Shown piece by piece: positions 28,260 to 37,437 of a DNA stretch of 52,541 bases. Position 1 is the first letter of the stretch. Each line of letters starts with the position of its first letter. The notes beneath the pieces are model-generated. The model searched no databases. It worked only from the letters and a program-made list of their open reading frames with translations, and had not been told where the DNA came from. Position numbers and translations under genes: made by a program. The stretch is taken from positions 1 to 52,541 of the forward strand of contig DAOVPY010000005.1 in assembly GCA_030628945.1 (NCBI GenBank). The letters run 5' to 3'. This DNA comes from Candidatus Nealsonbacteria bacterium. Lineage in GTDB: Bacteria; Patescibacteriota; Minisyncoccia; Minisyncoccales; DAOVPY01.

Positions 28260-28766
28260 ATGCTTAAAATATTTGAAAAAACAATCCTGTTTGGGATAAC
28301 CTCAATTTTGATTGGAGGAACATTTTTCTTTTGTTTGGCTTACGATACGGAACAATCCGATGTTCAAATCTTTTCTCAAGAAAAGGAACGGGTCTTAAAT
28401 GAGAATTCTTTGCTGATTGCGCAAGACAACAGTGTTCTGTCCTCTTCGCCCCTGCCAGAGCTCAAAATGGTAAGGCAAATAAAAGTTATCACAACCGCCT
28501 ATTCCAGCTGTGTTTGGCAGACGGATGACACGCCTTTTATCACGGCTGCCGGAACTTCTGTAAGGGACGGGATTGTGGCAAATAATCTGCTTCCATTCGG
28601 CACAAAAGTCCGATTGCCGGAACTTTACGGAGACAAAATTTTTGTGGTTGAAGACAGAATGCACGCGCGCAAAGGTTATTATCACATAGACATCTGGTTT
28701 GCTTCTTATCACGACGCCCTGAATTTCGGAGCCAAGAGAACTTATATGGAAGTGCTGGAAAACTAA
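28260..28766 (+). CDS. 3D-domain protein
   Basis: TAYSS...TDDTPFITAAG, VVEDRM, IDIWF. Confidence 0.85.
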   Translation: MLKIFEKTILFGITSILIGGTFFFCLAYDTEQSDVQIFSQEKERVLNENSLLIAQDNSVLSSSPLPELKMVRQIKVITTAYSSCVWQTDDTPFITAAGTSVRDGIVANNLLPFGTKVRLPELYGDKIFVVEDRMHARKGYYHIDIWFASYHDALNFGAKRTYMEVLEN

Positions 28767-28832
28767 AATTTTTTAAAATTCCATTAAAAAAACGAGGATA
28801 TTTAATATGCTCGTTTTTATTTTATCTAATTT

Positions 28833-29291
28833 TTAAAGTGTCGGAGAAAGAACCGCAATTGCGACTTTAATCGCCTCATCTAAATCAGAAACAATGAAAC
28901 CGCTAACCTCGCGAATCATTGCGTGGCTGTGAATATTCTCTTTTTCCATCGCCACAACAATTGGTTTTCTTAAAATATCTGCCCAGGCAATCTCCATTAC
29001 CGAACCAACAGAGATTTTATCTGCTCCTAAAAAATTTACCAAAATCATATCACAGCGCGTAACATCCATCCTATCCCTGCAAGTGATTCCCTTTTGGGTC
29101 GCCACGGGATACTCTTTGTAAGAACCCTTGAGTTTTTGTTCCTTGCTAAGAAACTCTTTGCCGCGCATCGGGGAAACTCCTTTGATGTGTTTTGGAAGTT
29201 TTTTGGAAACATATTCACGCCAATCAATACTCTCGTTATAAGAGCAATCTAAAATCGGGCCGGCGAGATACAACAAAAATTCTTTTTCCAT
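28833..29291 (-). CDS. Nucleoside 2-deoxyribosyltransferase-like protein
   Basis: YLAGP, CDMILV, SVGSVMEIAWA. Confidence 0.8.
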   Translation of the reverse strand: MEKEFLLYLAGPILDCSYNESIDWREYVSKKLPKHIKGVSPMRGKEFLSKEQKLKGSYKEYPVATQKGITCRDRMDVTRCDMILVNFLGADKISVGSVMEIAWADILRKPIVVAMEKENIHSHAMIREVSGFIVSDLDEAIKVAIAVLSPTL

Positions 29292-29378
29292 TTTTTCTAT
29301 CTCCTTTTTTAAAGTGCGATAAAACCTTTTGTTAAAGGTCTATAATAGAAAATAGCAAAAAACAGCAAAAATTACAAG

Positions 29379-29411
29379 CCCCCACACTAATATATTAGTG
29401 GTGGGGGCAAG
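29379..29411 (+). repeat. Family C element, intergenic
   Basis: CCCCCACAC-TAATATATTA-GTGGTGGGGGCAAG. Confidence 0.8.
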
Positions 29412-29463
29412 CCCCCAAAAATACAAAATGGCAGAGACCTGTTCTCTGCCATTTTAATTATAA

Positions 29464-29709
29464 CTATTTTACGAAAATCCAATACTCCTTCTCTTCTTCA
29501 TCTTCTCCACGGGAAACAATCATACTTATAGATTTAATATTGATTATAATCCTTTCTGATTTCGAAATTGTGCCAATAAGTTCTATTGTCTTCTCTCCAA
29601 AGGGTTTAGCACAAACACTATTTAGAATATACGATGTTCTATGAGACGTAAAATTACTTTCAGATACATGTACCTCTTTACCCTTAAGTTTCTTAAGTTC
29701 TTTTATCAT
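29464..29709 (-). CDS. Hypothetical protein
   Basis: 81-aa ORF with GAGG upstream and a terminator-like hairpin at 29425-29455. Confidence 0.5.
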   Translation of the reverse strand: MIKELKKLKGKEVHVSESNFTSHRTSYILNSVCAKPFGEKTIELIGTISKSERIIINIKSISMIVSRGEDEEEKEYWIFVK

Positions 29710-29850
29710 TTTATCTTCCTCTATCTATTTTTCAAGGTTCCTACCTTCACCTTATAAAATCCCAAAAAAAAGTCAATACTTTTATACATAAATGAAATGG
29801 AAAATTTTCTTTTACAAAATGCGGTTTGAGTTGATATTTTTGGGCTTTTT

Positions 29851-30585
29851 TCAAGCGAAAACTGCTTGATTTAATTGCCAGCCGATTTTTGAGGGATAAT
29901 TTTGTTTGATATAATGTCTCCTTTCTGTTGATTTCCATTTCTCAAAAATTTGACGCTTGCGAGGAAGATATAAAGTAGGATTATTTTGATACATAAATTC
30001 GGCTAATTTCTCGCAATCGTCAATATAAAAATCAATATAATATAAAGGAATGTTTCCTTTTTTCTCTTTTACTTGATGAATTGTTTTCAATAGAATATCT
30101 AAACTTTTACTAAGATGCTGATTTAAATCAGTAATAAAGGATAAACTAGTACTTGGAAAATTTGCTTTAATTTGAAGAACTTTATTAACCTTGTAAATAT
30201 AAACTGAACCATCTCCGTCAAAAAATCCTCTTACAAAATCAGAAAAATATCTTTCTGGAACTTTTATAGGATTTAAATTATAAGTTTTTCTTGGAAATAT
30301 TCCTAAATTCATCAAATCTTCGCATATCTTTCTGTTGCAAAAATAAATTTGGTAATAAGGTATTTTCTGAGAATTATACTTAATACTCAGAGAACAATCA
30401 GGGCTTATATGCTTCCCCATTTTTAAGAGAGATTCTTTGTCTTTGGAGGTTATATTTAGAACATAACTATTTTTACGTCCTTTCCGTTTACAGATACAAC
30501 CGTCAGCAACAATATATCCTAAAATATAACTCATTTCAGAATTCCATGAATTAAAAAAATTTTTATTTAGAGACAATCTTCTCAT
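29851..30585 (-). CDS. Free-standing two-motif LAGLIDADG homing endonuclease-like protein
   Basis: YILGYIVADGC and FVRGFFDGDGS; ATG at 30585. Confidence 0.85.
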   Translation of the reverse strand: MRRLSLNKNFFNSWNSEMSYILGYIVADGCICKRKGRKNSYVLNITSKDKESLLKMGKHISPDCSLSIKYNSQKIPYYQIYFCNRKICEDLMNLGIFPRKTYNLNPIKVPERYFSDFVRGFFDGDGSVYIYKVNKVLQIKANFPSTSLSFITDLNQHLSKSLDILLKTIHQVKEKKGNIPLYYIDFYIDDCEKLAEFMYQNNPTLYLPRKRQIFEKWKSTERRHYIKQNYPSKIGWQLNQAVFA

Positions 30586-30590
30586 ATAAT

Positions 30591-30676
30591 TGGTGCCCGG
30601 GGTGGGATTTGCACCCACACGGGGATAACCCCACTGGAGTTTAAGTCCAGATCGTCTGCTGTTCCGACACCCGGGC
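30591..30676 (-). tRNA. tRNA-Leu(TAA), CCA encoded
   Basis: CTGGA-CTTAAAC-TCCAG, long variable arm, T-loop TGCAAAT. Confidence 0.9.
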
Positions 30677-30684
30677 AAAAATTG

Positions 30685-30756
30685 AGGCACGGGCGGGAGT
30701 TGCACCCGCGTATAGTAGTTTTGCAAACTACCGCCTTGCTCCTTGGCTACCGTGCC
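30685..30756 (-). tRNA. tRNA-Cys(GCA)
   Basis: GTAGT-TTGCAAA-ACTAC, U73 discriminator, T-loop TGCAACT. Confidence 0.9.
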
Positions 30757-30767
30757 ATACTATTGAT

Positions 30768-31742
30768 TTATTCTAACAATTTTATCACTTTTTTCAAGAC
30801 GCTTTCTATACTGCCTTTCTGGCGGAAACCGGCGGCGTACGCATGACCGCCTCCGCCCAGGGCCTCGGCCAAAGGAGCCACTGTCCCTCCTTTATAGGGT
30901 TCTGTTCTTAAACTTCCTTCAATCTCACCCGGCTTATGTTCTGTTAAAAACAAAGCAAATTTTGCCTCGGGAATAGTGGAAATAAAACTGGAAATTCTGG
31001 CTAAATCAGCCGGACCAGCTCCCTGTTCCTCTAAATCCTTAGTGGTGAGCCAGGAATAAACTAAACCGGTTTTCTCATGGCATTTGAGCCGAGAAAGAGC
31101 TGTTCCCCAGATTTTGGAAGCAGTTTGAGGATTATCTAACCTAAAAACCCGCTGGCTAATTTTAAATAAAGGAGCGCCCAGCAAAATAAGTTCAGAAACA
31201 ATAGCCAGGGTCTGGCTGGAACAGGAAGCATGAGAAAACCCGCCGGTATCAGAAACAATCCCGGTTAAAAGCCCTGTAGCGATTTTTTTATCAATTTTTA
31301 TTCCGGAATCCTTCAGCCATAAATAAATAATCTCCGCGGTTGAAGAAAATTTTGGTTCAATAATTTTAATTCTGCCGCGCTGGTCGCTTTTTAAGTGGTG
31401 GTCAATGGTGATAATCTTTTTCTCATCAACGCTTTTTGGAAGCCGCAATCTTTTAAAATCGCCGTAATCAAGGCAGAATAACAAATCAAAATCCTGAATA
31501 TCAATCCCGCTAACAGCTGGGTTGATTTCAGAAAAATCGGGCAGAAAATCAAGTCCCAACGGAGGCGCGGTTGGGAGATAACAAAAAACTTCTTTGTTTT
31601 GTTCTTGAAAAACCCGATAAAGAGCTAAAACCGAGCCAACGGCGTCAGGGTCGGGATTTTCATGAGCTGTAATAAAAATTTTCTTTGCTGTTTCTAACGA
31701 CTTGCTAATTCGCTGAAATTTTTCAGATAAATCAGTCATCAT
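30768..31742 (-). CDS. nrnA: DHH/DHHA1 phosphoesterase (NrnA-like)
   Basis: HENPDPDA, IDHH, SDTGGF, GGGGHAYAAG; follows rbfA. Confidence 0.88.
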   Translation of the reverse strand: MMTDLSEKFQRISKSLETAKKIFITAHENPDPDAVGSVLALYRVFQEQNKEVFCYLPTAPPLGLDFLPDFSEINPAVSGIDIQDFDLLFCLDYGDFKRLRLPKSVDEKKIITIDHHLKSDQRGRIKIIEPKFSSTAEIIYLWLKDSGIKIDKKIATGLLTGIVSDTGGFSHASCSSQTLAIVSELILLGAPLFKISQRVFRLDNPQTASKIWGTALSRLKCHEKTGLVYSWLTTKDLEEQGAGPADLARISSFISTIPEAKFALFLTEHKPGEIEGSLRTEPYKGGTVAPLAEALGGGGHAYAAGFRQKGSIESVLKKVIKLLE

Positions 31743-32074
31743 AATTTGATTTTTTCCAAAAGTTCTTCTATTCTGGCGGCTTTGCTTGTTTCTTTTTCTT
31801 CTATAAATTTAATTTTGGGCGTTAATTTCATTTTTAGCCGCTTATTTAATTTCTGTTGGAAATTATAAATCATTCGCTTCAAAATTCGGAGAACTTTTGA
31901 AATTTGACATTGGGGAATAACGCTGATATAAACCTTGGACTGATTCAGGTCAAACGAGGTTTCCACTCTGGTTATTGTAATCAAAACATCTCTTGAAAAA
32001 TCAACCTCCCTGAGGATAATTCGGGATAGCTCCCGTTTAATTAACTCATTGACTCGTTCAATACGATTGCTCAC
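31739..32074 (-). CDS. rbfA: Ribosome-binding factor A
   Basis: RIERVNELIKRELS, ITITRVETS, TPKIKF; follows infB. Confidence 0.92.
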   Translation of the reverse strand: MSNRIERVNELIKRELSRIILREVDFSRDVLITITRVETSFDLNQSKVYISVIPQCQISKVLRILKRMIYNFQQKLNKRLKMKLTPKIKFIEEKETSKAARIEELLEKIKL

Positions 32075-33576
32075 AGTTCTCCTTTTTTCCTTTCCTCGGT
32101 ATAAAACGCTAAAATATCTCCTTTCTCAATTCTGCCCGAGCCCTCATAAAGTATGCCAACCTCATTCCCTTTGCCTGCTTTTTCTATGTCTTTTTTATTC
32201 TTCTGAAGATGAACAAGTTTGCCGGTTCCGATTTTCTCTTCCTCGCGGAAAACTTCAATTTTAACTCCCTTTTTCACCTCTCCCTCAACAATCCTCCCCC
32301 CGACAATTTGACGATTCTTTTCGGTCTTGAAAACTATTAAAATTTTAAGCTTGCCTAAATCAATCCTGACCTTAGTTGGTTCAATCTTTTTTTCCATGAG
32401 CTGACGAACTGCCTGAACAATCTCATAAATGACTTCAAACGTCCTTACTCCTATATTCTCCCTTTCAATCAATCTTGAGGCGATATAATTCGTTTTTACC
32501 CGAAAACCCAAAATCCGGGCTTTTGCCGATTTTGCCAGTTTAATATCGCTCTCATTAATCTCGCCGACCTCGCTTTTCAAAATTCTTAAAACAACCCTCT
32601 CTTGAGGCAGTCCCTTAAGAACTTGTCTAATCGCCTCCAAAGAACCGGAAACATCTGCTTTCAAAATTAAATTTAGCGCTGTCTTGCCCTCCTCCACTAA
32701 TAATACGTCTCTCTTTTCCATCTTGCTTGTTTTTTTAAAAACATATCTCTCGGCTGATACAATGTCCGGCTGAATTTTAAATTCCTCGCCAACGCAAGGA
32801 GCATTTTCAAAACCAATAACAATTATCGGCTGAGAAGGCAGGGCCTGTTTTAAAGATTTCCCTTGAAAATCCTCTAAGATTTTAATCTTGCCAAAAGTAG
32901 AAACAGTGGCAATAATATCTCCCAGCCTCAATATTCCATCTCGTAAAAGCAGGGTGGCTGTTGGCCCCCGTTGACTGTCCAAATAGGCCTCAATCACCGC
33001 TCCTTCGCCCTTCTTGGTTAAATCTCCGTGAAGACCTTCAATCTCCGCCACTAACAAGATAAGTCCTAAAAGCTCTGAAATTCCTTTTTTGGTTTTGGCT
33101 GAAGTCTCTATCGCGGGAATTTTCCCTCCCATTGATTCAACAACTACATCCTGCTTGAATAATTCTCTTTTAACTTTTTCAGGGTCAGCTTCTGGTTTGT
33201 CTATTTTATTTATAGCGACAATCATGGGAATGCCGGATTTTTTGATATGAATAATGGATTCTTTGGTTTGGGGCTTTATTCCTTCTTCAGCCGCTACCAC
33301 TAAAATCGCTATATCGGCCGCTTTTGCTCCCCGGTAGCGCATTATTGAAAATGCTTCATGCCCGGGCGTGTCAATAAAAGTAATTTTCTTGCCTTCATGC
33401 TCAACTTCATAAGCTCCAATGTGCTGTGTAATGCCGCCTGATTCTTTCGCGGTAATCTTAAAATCTTTAACCGCCTCTAAAATAGAAGATTTGCCGTGGT
33501 CAACATGCCCTAAAACCACCACGACAGGGGGACGTGACTGGATATTTTTTGTTTGTTTTACGGTTTCTTGGGGCAT
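32071..33576 (-). CDS. infB: Translation initiation factor IF-2 (short form)
   Basis: RPPVVVVLGHVDHGKS, GGITQHIGAY, DTPGHEAF. Confidence 0.97.
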   Translation of the reverse strand: MPQETVKQTKNIQSRPPVVVVLGHVDHGKSSILEAVKDFKITAKESGGITQHIGAYEVEHEGKKITFIDTPGHEAFSIMRYRGAKAADIAILVVAAEEGIKPQTKESIIHIKKSGIPMIVAINKIDKPEADPEKVKRELFKQDVVVESMGGKIPAIETSAKTKKGISELLGLILLVAEIEGLHGDLTKKGEGAVIEAYLDSQRGPTATLLLRDGILRLGDIIATVSTFGKIKILEDFQGKSLKQALPSQPIIVIGFENAPCVGEEFKIQPDIVSAERYVFKKTSKMEKRDVLLVEEGKTALNLILKADVSGSLEAIRQVLKGLPQERVVLRILKSEVGEINESDIKLAKSAKARILGFRVKTNYIASRLIERENIGVRTFEVIYEIVQAVRQLMEKKIEPTKVRIDLGKLKILIVFKTEKNRQIVGGRIVEGEVKKGVKIEVFREEEKIGTGKLVHLQKNKKDIEKAGKGNEVGILYEGSGRIEKGDILAFYTEERKKGEL

Positions 33577-33637
33577 AATAAGTTTTTTATCTTACAAATT
33601 TTTAATTTTTAATTTTTAATTTTTAAAAATTTAGAAT

Positions 33638-34000
33638 TTAAGCCCGCAGGGCTTTAGATATCGCTTCTTTCTCTTCCTCTGACAGCGAATGCTGGGAAAG
33701 GCCGTTTTTTACAACTTTGGTATAGGTTCTGTTCATTTCCCTGCTGTAATAACTGGTAAGGACAAAACCATTATTGCGAGCGTCAAGCAAAGCAATGCAA
33801 AAACTCTGGTCGCCTCCAACCTCTTTAAAAGGATTAAATCTAACAATGCCTATTTTTTGCAAAAAGGACTGGCTTTCTTTCTTAAAATCCTCTAAATCCT
33901 TTTTTATCTTCTGATTGTCTTTATCCAGTCGTTCTAAAAATTCCAAAATTTCTTTTTGGTTTTTGGGCTGGTTTTTGTTTTTTTTGAAAAATTTGAACAT
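33638..34000 (-). CDS. DUF4446-like protein
   Basis: QKIGIVRFNPFKEVGGDQSF...LSEEEKEAI. Confidence 0.8.
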   Translation of the reverse strand: MFKFFKKNKNQPKNQKEILEFLERLDKDNQKIKKDLEDFKKESQSFLQKIGIVRFNPFKEVGGDQSFCIALLDARNNGFVLTSYYSREMNRTYTKVVKNGLSQHSLSEEEKEAISKALRA

Positions 34001-34002
34001 AG

Positions 34003-34089
34003 CGGCGGGAGAAGGATTCGAACCCTCGATGCCCTTTCAAGCATAGCGGTTTTCGAAACCGCCCCGTTCGTCCACTCCGGCATCCCGCC
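34003..34089 (-). tRNA. tRNA-Ser(CGA)
   Basis: GCGGT-TTCGAAA-ACCGC, long variable arm, G73. Confidence 0.95.
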
Positions 34090-34188
34090 AATTAATCTAT
34101 CATACTAATATCTTATCCTCAAAAAGTCAAAAACACAAACAAAACCATTCAAAAAATCCCCTACTTAGAGCGGAGGATTTTTAGTTTG

Positions 34189-34260
34189 TGGACCCAGCGA
34201 GACTCGAACTCGCAACCTCTTCGATGCCATCGAAGCGCGCTGCCATTGCGCCATGGGCCC
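34189..34260 (-). tRNA. tRNA-Ala(GGC)
   Basis: G3:U70, CTTCG-ATGGCAT-CGAAG. Confidence 0.95.
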
Positions 34261-35211
34261 CTAATTTTTATGGATTTTTCTAATTGCCTGAGCGAGCAAA
34301 GGGGCAACTGAGATGATTTTAATTTTCTTGCCCCCACTACCTAAATATAGGTGTGGGGGTGTACTTTTCTTTCCAAAGGAAAAAGGCAGGGTGTCGGTTA
34401 TAAATAATTTTGAAATTGAAGATTTGTTAATTTTCTCAATCGCTTTTCCAAAAAACAATGGGTGGGTGACGCAAGCGTAAATTTTCTTCGCGGCTTTTTT
34501 CTTCGCGATTTCTGCGGCAGCGATTAAAGTGTTGCCTGTATCAATAATATCGTCAACTATAATAACTGATTTATTTTTTATTTTGCCGCTGATTTTTTTA
34601 ATTTTCACTTGATTTAGCTTTTGCCGCTCTTTATCAATAACAGCAATACCACAATTTCCCAGAGACGCGGCAAAAGACCGCGCCATTTTGACGCTCCCGG
34701 CGTCCGGAGCCAGGACAACTAAATCTTTTGGCAATTTTGGCAAATGTTTCTTAATCTCTTTAATAAAAATCATATCAGCGGATAAATTTTCTGCCGGACT
34801 TTTGAAAAATTTTAAAACTCTGTCAGAATGAATATCTATTGTTAAAATTCTGTCAGCCCCTGCCGTTCTAATCAAATTCGTTATCAATTCAGCGGAAACC
34901 GGTGTCCCTGGCTGGTCTTTTTTGTCCTGTCTGGCATATCCGAAATAGGGGATAACAGCTGTAATTCTGCGAGCCGAGCTGTTCTTCGCCGCGTCAATCA
35001 TTAATAAAAGTTCCAATAAATTCTCTGCCGGAGAAGGAAAGGACTGAATGATAAAAATATCTCTGCCTTTAATATCTTCTTTATATCTGAGCCAAATTTC
35101 TCCATCGCTGAATTTCCTGAATTCTATCCTGCCTAATTTCTGCCCCAATTCTTTGGCTATTTTTTTCGCTAATCCAGCGCTGAATTGTCCGCTAAAAATC
35201 TTGAATTCCAT
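34261..35211 (-). CDS. prs: Ribose-phosphate pyrophosphokinase
   Basis: FSDGE, PYFGYARQD, APDAG, VDDIIDTGNT. Confidence 0.96.
   Translation of the reverse strand: MEFKIFSGQFSAGLAKKIAKELGQKLGRIEFRKFSDGEIWLRYKEDIKGRDIFIIQSFPSPAENLLELLLMIDAAKNSSARRITAVIPYFGYARQDKKDQPGTPVSAELITNLIRTAGADRILTIDIHSDRVLKFFKSPAENLSADMIFIKEIKKHLPKLPKDLVVLAPDAGSVKMARSFAASLGNCGIAVIDKERQKLNQVKIKKISGKIKNKSVIIVDDIIDTGNTLIAAAEIAKKKAAKKIYACVTHPLFFGKAIEKINKSSISKLFITDTLPFSFGKKSTPPHLYLGSGGKKIKIISVAPLLAQAIRKIHKN
34327..34359 (-). repeat. Family C element in-frame in prs
   Basis: Minus strand CCCCCACAC-CTATATTTAG-GTAGTGGGGGCAAG, within TPPHLYLGSGGK. Confidence 0.8.
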
Positions 35212-35217
35212 TTTCTT

Positions 35218-35472
35218 TTAATTTAAATTTTTCTTTGTGTTTTTTCCAACGGTTTTATTTAGCGCTTGCCTAATTTTTTTCTTTGAGTTCCGAATAATTT
35301 TTTCCAAATTATCCAAGACAGAAAGCGTATGATTAAAAACCGTCTCTTTATTATGCCAATCGTTGTTTTCAACAACTTTTTTCAATTCGTAAAATTCCGG
35401 TATTATATCAGCCAATTTCCCGCTTTTTATGTTATTTCTATCCAACAATAATAAAATATCTCTCTTTTTCAT
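35218..35472 (-). pseudogene. Fragment resembling the start of an HD domain
   Basis: IIPEFYELK...WHNKETVFNHTLSVL; stops before any HD dyad. Confidence 0.5.
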
Positions 35473-35570
35473 AATTCAAAAATTTTTGCTATAAAATAAA
35501 TCTTTTTTGTACTAATTGCTAAATACTAATTACTAATTACTCAAATTTTTGCTTATCGCAAAAATTTATG

Positions 35571-35642
35571 TGCCCTTGACAGGAGTCGAACCTGTATCGA
35601 GGGTTTAGGAAACCCCTATTCTATCCATTGAACTACAAGGGC
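35571..35642 (-). tRNA. tRNA-Arg(CCT)
   Basis: GGGGT-TTCCTAA-ACCCT, GGTTCGACTCC. Confidence 0.93.
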
Positions 35643-35770
35643 GTATCTCTATTACTGATTACTGATTGGGCTTGTGCTTAACTCGGTTAAGCACAAGCCC
35701 AAATGGTTGCTGATTACTGATTATCATAAAATTTGACTGAAATCAACCCATAATGTTAAAATAAAAATGT

Positions 35771-36409
35771 ATGTTTTTGCCTAAAGAGAAAAAATTTTTT
35801 GCCTTATATCAGGCGCTAAGCGATAAAATCATTGAGGCGGTTTGTCTTTTTGAAAAATTAAAAGAAAACTATAATAATCTTCCGCAAATAGCCAAAGAAA
35901 TAAAAAAGTTGGAAAACGAAGCCGATGATATTGTCCATAAAATATTTAACCAACTCCTATACGACCATACCCGAGTAACCGAAGAAAAAGGTGATATAAA
36001 GTTTTTCGCCCATAACATGGATAATATTATAGATTCTATAGAAAAAGCGGTAAATCGGCTCTGCGTTTACAAAATAGATTTCCTTCCCAAAGGCGTAATA
36101 GAATTCATTCCTGTTCTGAAAGAATCCGCCAAAGAAATTCAAAAAGGAGTAGAATGTTTAAAAAACCTGAGAAAAAACGAGGAAGAACTTACAAAATGCT
36201 GTATTAAAATAAACGAGTTAGAGAATAAAGCCGACCAAATTAATAGAAAATGGCTTGAAAAGGTTTTGGGAAATCCCGTTAAAAGCGCTAAAGATATGCG
36301 GCAGATTATTGCCCTAAAAGAAATCATTGACATCTTAGAATATGCTATGGACCAATGCGAAGACGTGGCTAATATTTTGGAAACCTTTCGGCTGAAAGGC
36401 GCTGTCTAA
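35771..36409 (+). CDS. DUF47/PhoU-like phosphate transport regulator
   Basis: LENEADDI, LENKADQ, DQCEDVANIL; upstream of a PiT gene. Confidence 0.9.
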   Translation: MFLPKEKKFFALYQALSDKIIEAVCLFEKLKENYNNLPQIAKEIKKLENEADDIVHKIFNQLLYDHTRVTEEKGDIKFFAHNMDNIIDSIEKAVNRLCVYKIDFLPKGVIEFIPVLKESAKEIQKGVECLKNLRKNEEELTKCCIKINELENKADQINRKWLEKVLGNPVKSAKDMRQIIALKEIIDILEYAMDQCEDVANILETFRLKGAV

Positions 36410-36412
36410 TTC

Positions 36413-37414
36413 ATGTTATTTTTAGTTATCGCCATTATAATCATTGCTTTGGTTTTTGATTTTTTGAACGGCGCCAACGACCGGGCTAACGCCATCGCGA
36501 CAACAACCGCGACCAAAGCAATGTCTCCAACGCAGGCGTTAATTGTAGCCAGTGTTTTTAACGGCTTAGGCGCTCTTTTTTTTACAAAAGTGGCTGAAAC
36601 AATCGGAAAGGGAATCGTCTTGCCGGAACACACAACCTTATATATTCTTTTAGCCGGTGTAGTGGGGGCGTCTATATGGACTTTTATCTGCACTAAATCC
36701 GGAGTTCCTATCAGCGTTACACATTCTTTAATAGGCGGAATAATGGGTTCTGGAATTGCGGCTGGCGGACTTAAAATAATTAACTGGGAAATTCTGACTA
36801 ATAAGATTTTTTTAGCTATTATTTTAGGTCCAACAGTAGGATTCCTTGTGGGGGCATTTTTTTTGATTTTAATCAGCTGGCTGCTTTATACTTTTTTCAA
36901 AAAAACACCCACTCAAAAAACTGAAAATTTCTTCCGGAGAGGACAACTCTTTACCACTCCTTTTATGGCTTTCACACATGGAATGAACGACACCCAAAAC
37001 GCAATGGGAATTATCACAGCCGCCCTGCTTGCCGGGGGCTGTATTGAGACCTTTGCCGTGCCCATCTGGGTAAAACTTAGTTGCGGGCTGGCAATGGGAT
37101 TAGGCACATTTTTTTTGGGCTGGCGTGTGATGAAAACCCTTGGTTGGAAACTCACCAAGGTAGAACCAAGGCATGGTTTTGCGTCTGAAATTGGCGCCGG
37201 AACAGTAATTGGAATTAAAAGTTTATTGGGAATGCCTGTCTCCACCACCCATGTGGTTTGCAGCGCGGTAATGGGAGGAGCGGTTTTGGAAAATTGGCGG
37301 AGAATTAAACAAACAGTTGCCCAAACCATGATTTTAAGCTGGATTATAACTATTCCCGGCGCCGCTTTAATAGGAATTCTAAGTTATTGGTTAATCAGCT
37401 TTATTATGTTATAA
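36413..37414 (+). CDS. pit: Inorganic phosphate transporter (PiT family)
   Basis: NGANDRANAIAT, HGMNDTQNAMG, PVSTTH. Confidence 0.93.
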   Translation: MLFLVIAIIIIALVFDFLNGANDRANAIATTTATKAMSPTQALIVASVFNGLGALFFTKVAETIGKGIVLPEHTTLYILLAGVVGASIWTFICTKSGVPISVTHSLIGGIMGSGIAAGGLKIINWEILTNKIFLAIILGPTVGFLVGAFFLILISWLLYTFFKKTPTQKTENFFRRGQLFTTPFMAFTHGMNDTQNAMGIITAALLAGGCIETFAVPIWVKLSCGLAMGLGTFFLGWRVMKTLGWKLTKVEPRHGFASEIGAGTVIGIKSLLGMPVSTTHVVCSAVMGGAVLENWRRIKQTVAQTMILSWIITIPGAALIGILSYWLISFIML

Positions 37415-37437
37415 TAAGAACAAAGAAAATAAAAACT

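Noticed and set aside
29300-30600. Integrative element or prophage at tRNA-Leu(TAA)
   Set aside because: No integrase and no duplicated tRNA 3' end seen
30586-30726. N-terminal extension of the LAGLIDADG ORF in the ORF track
   Set aside because: Runs through two tRNA genes; ATG at 30585 is more plausible
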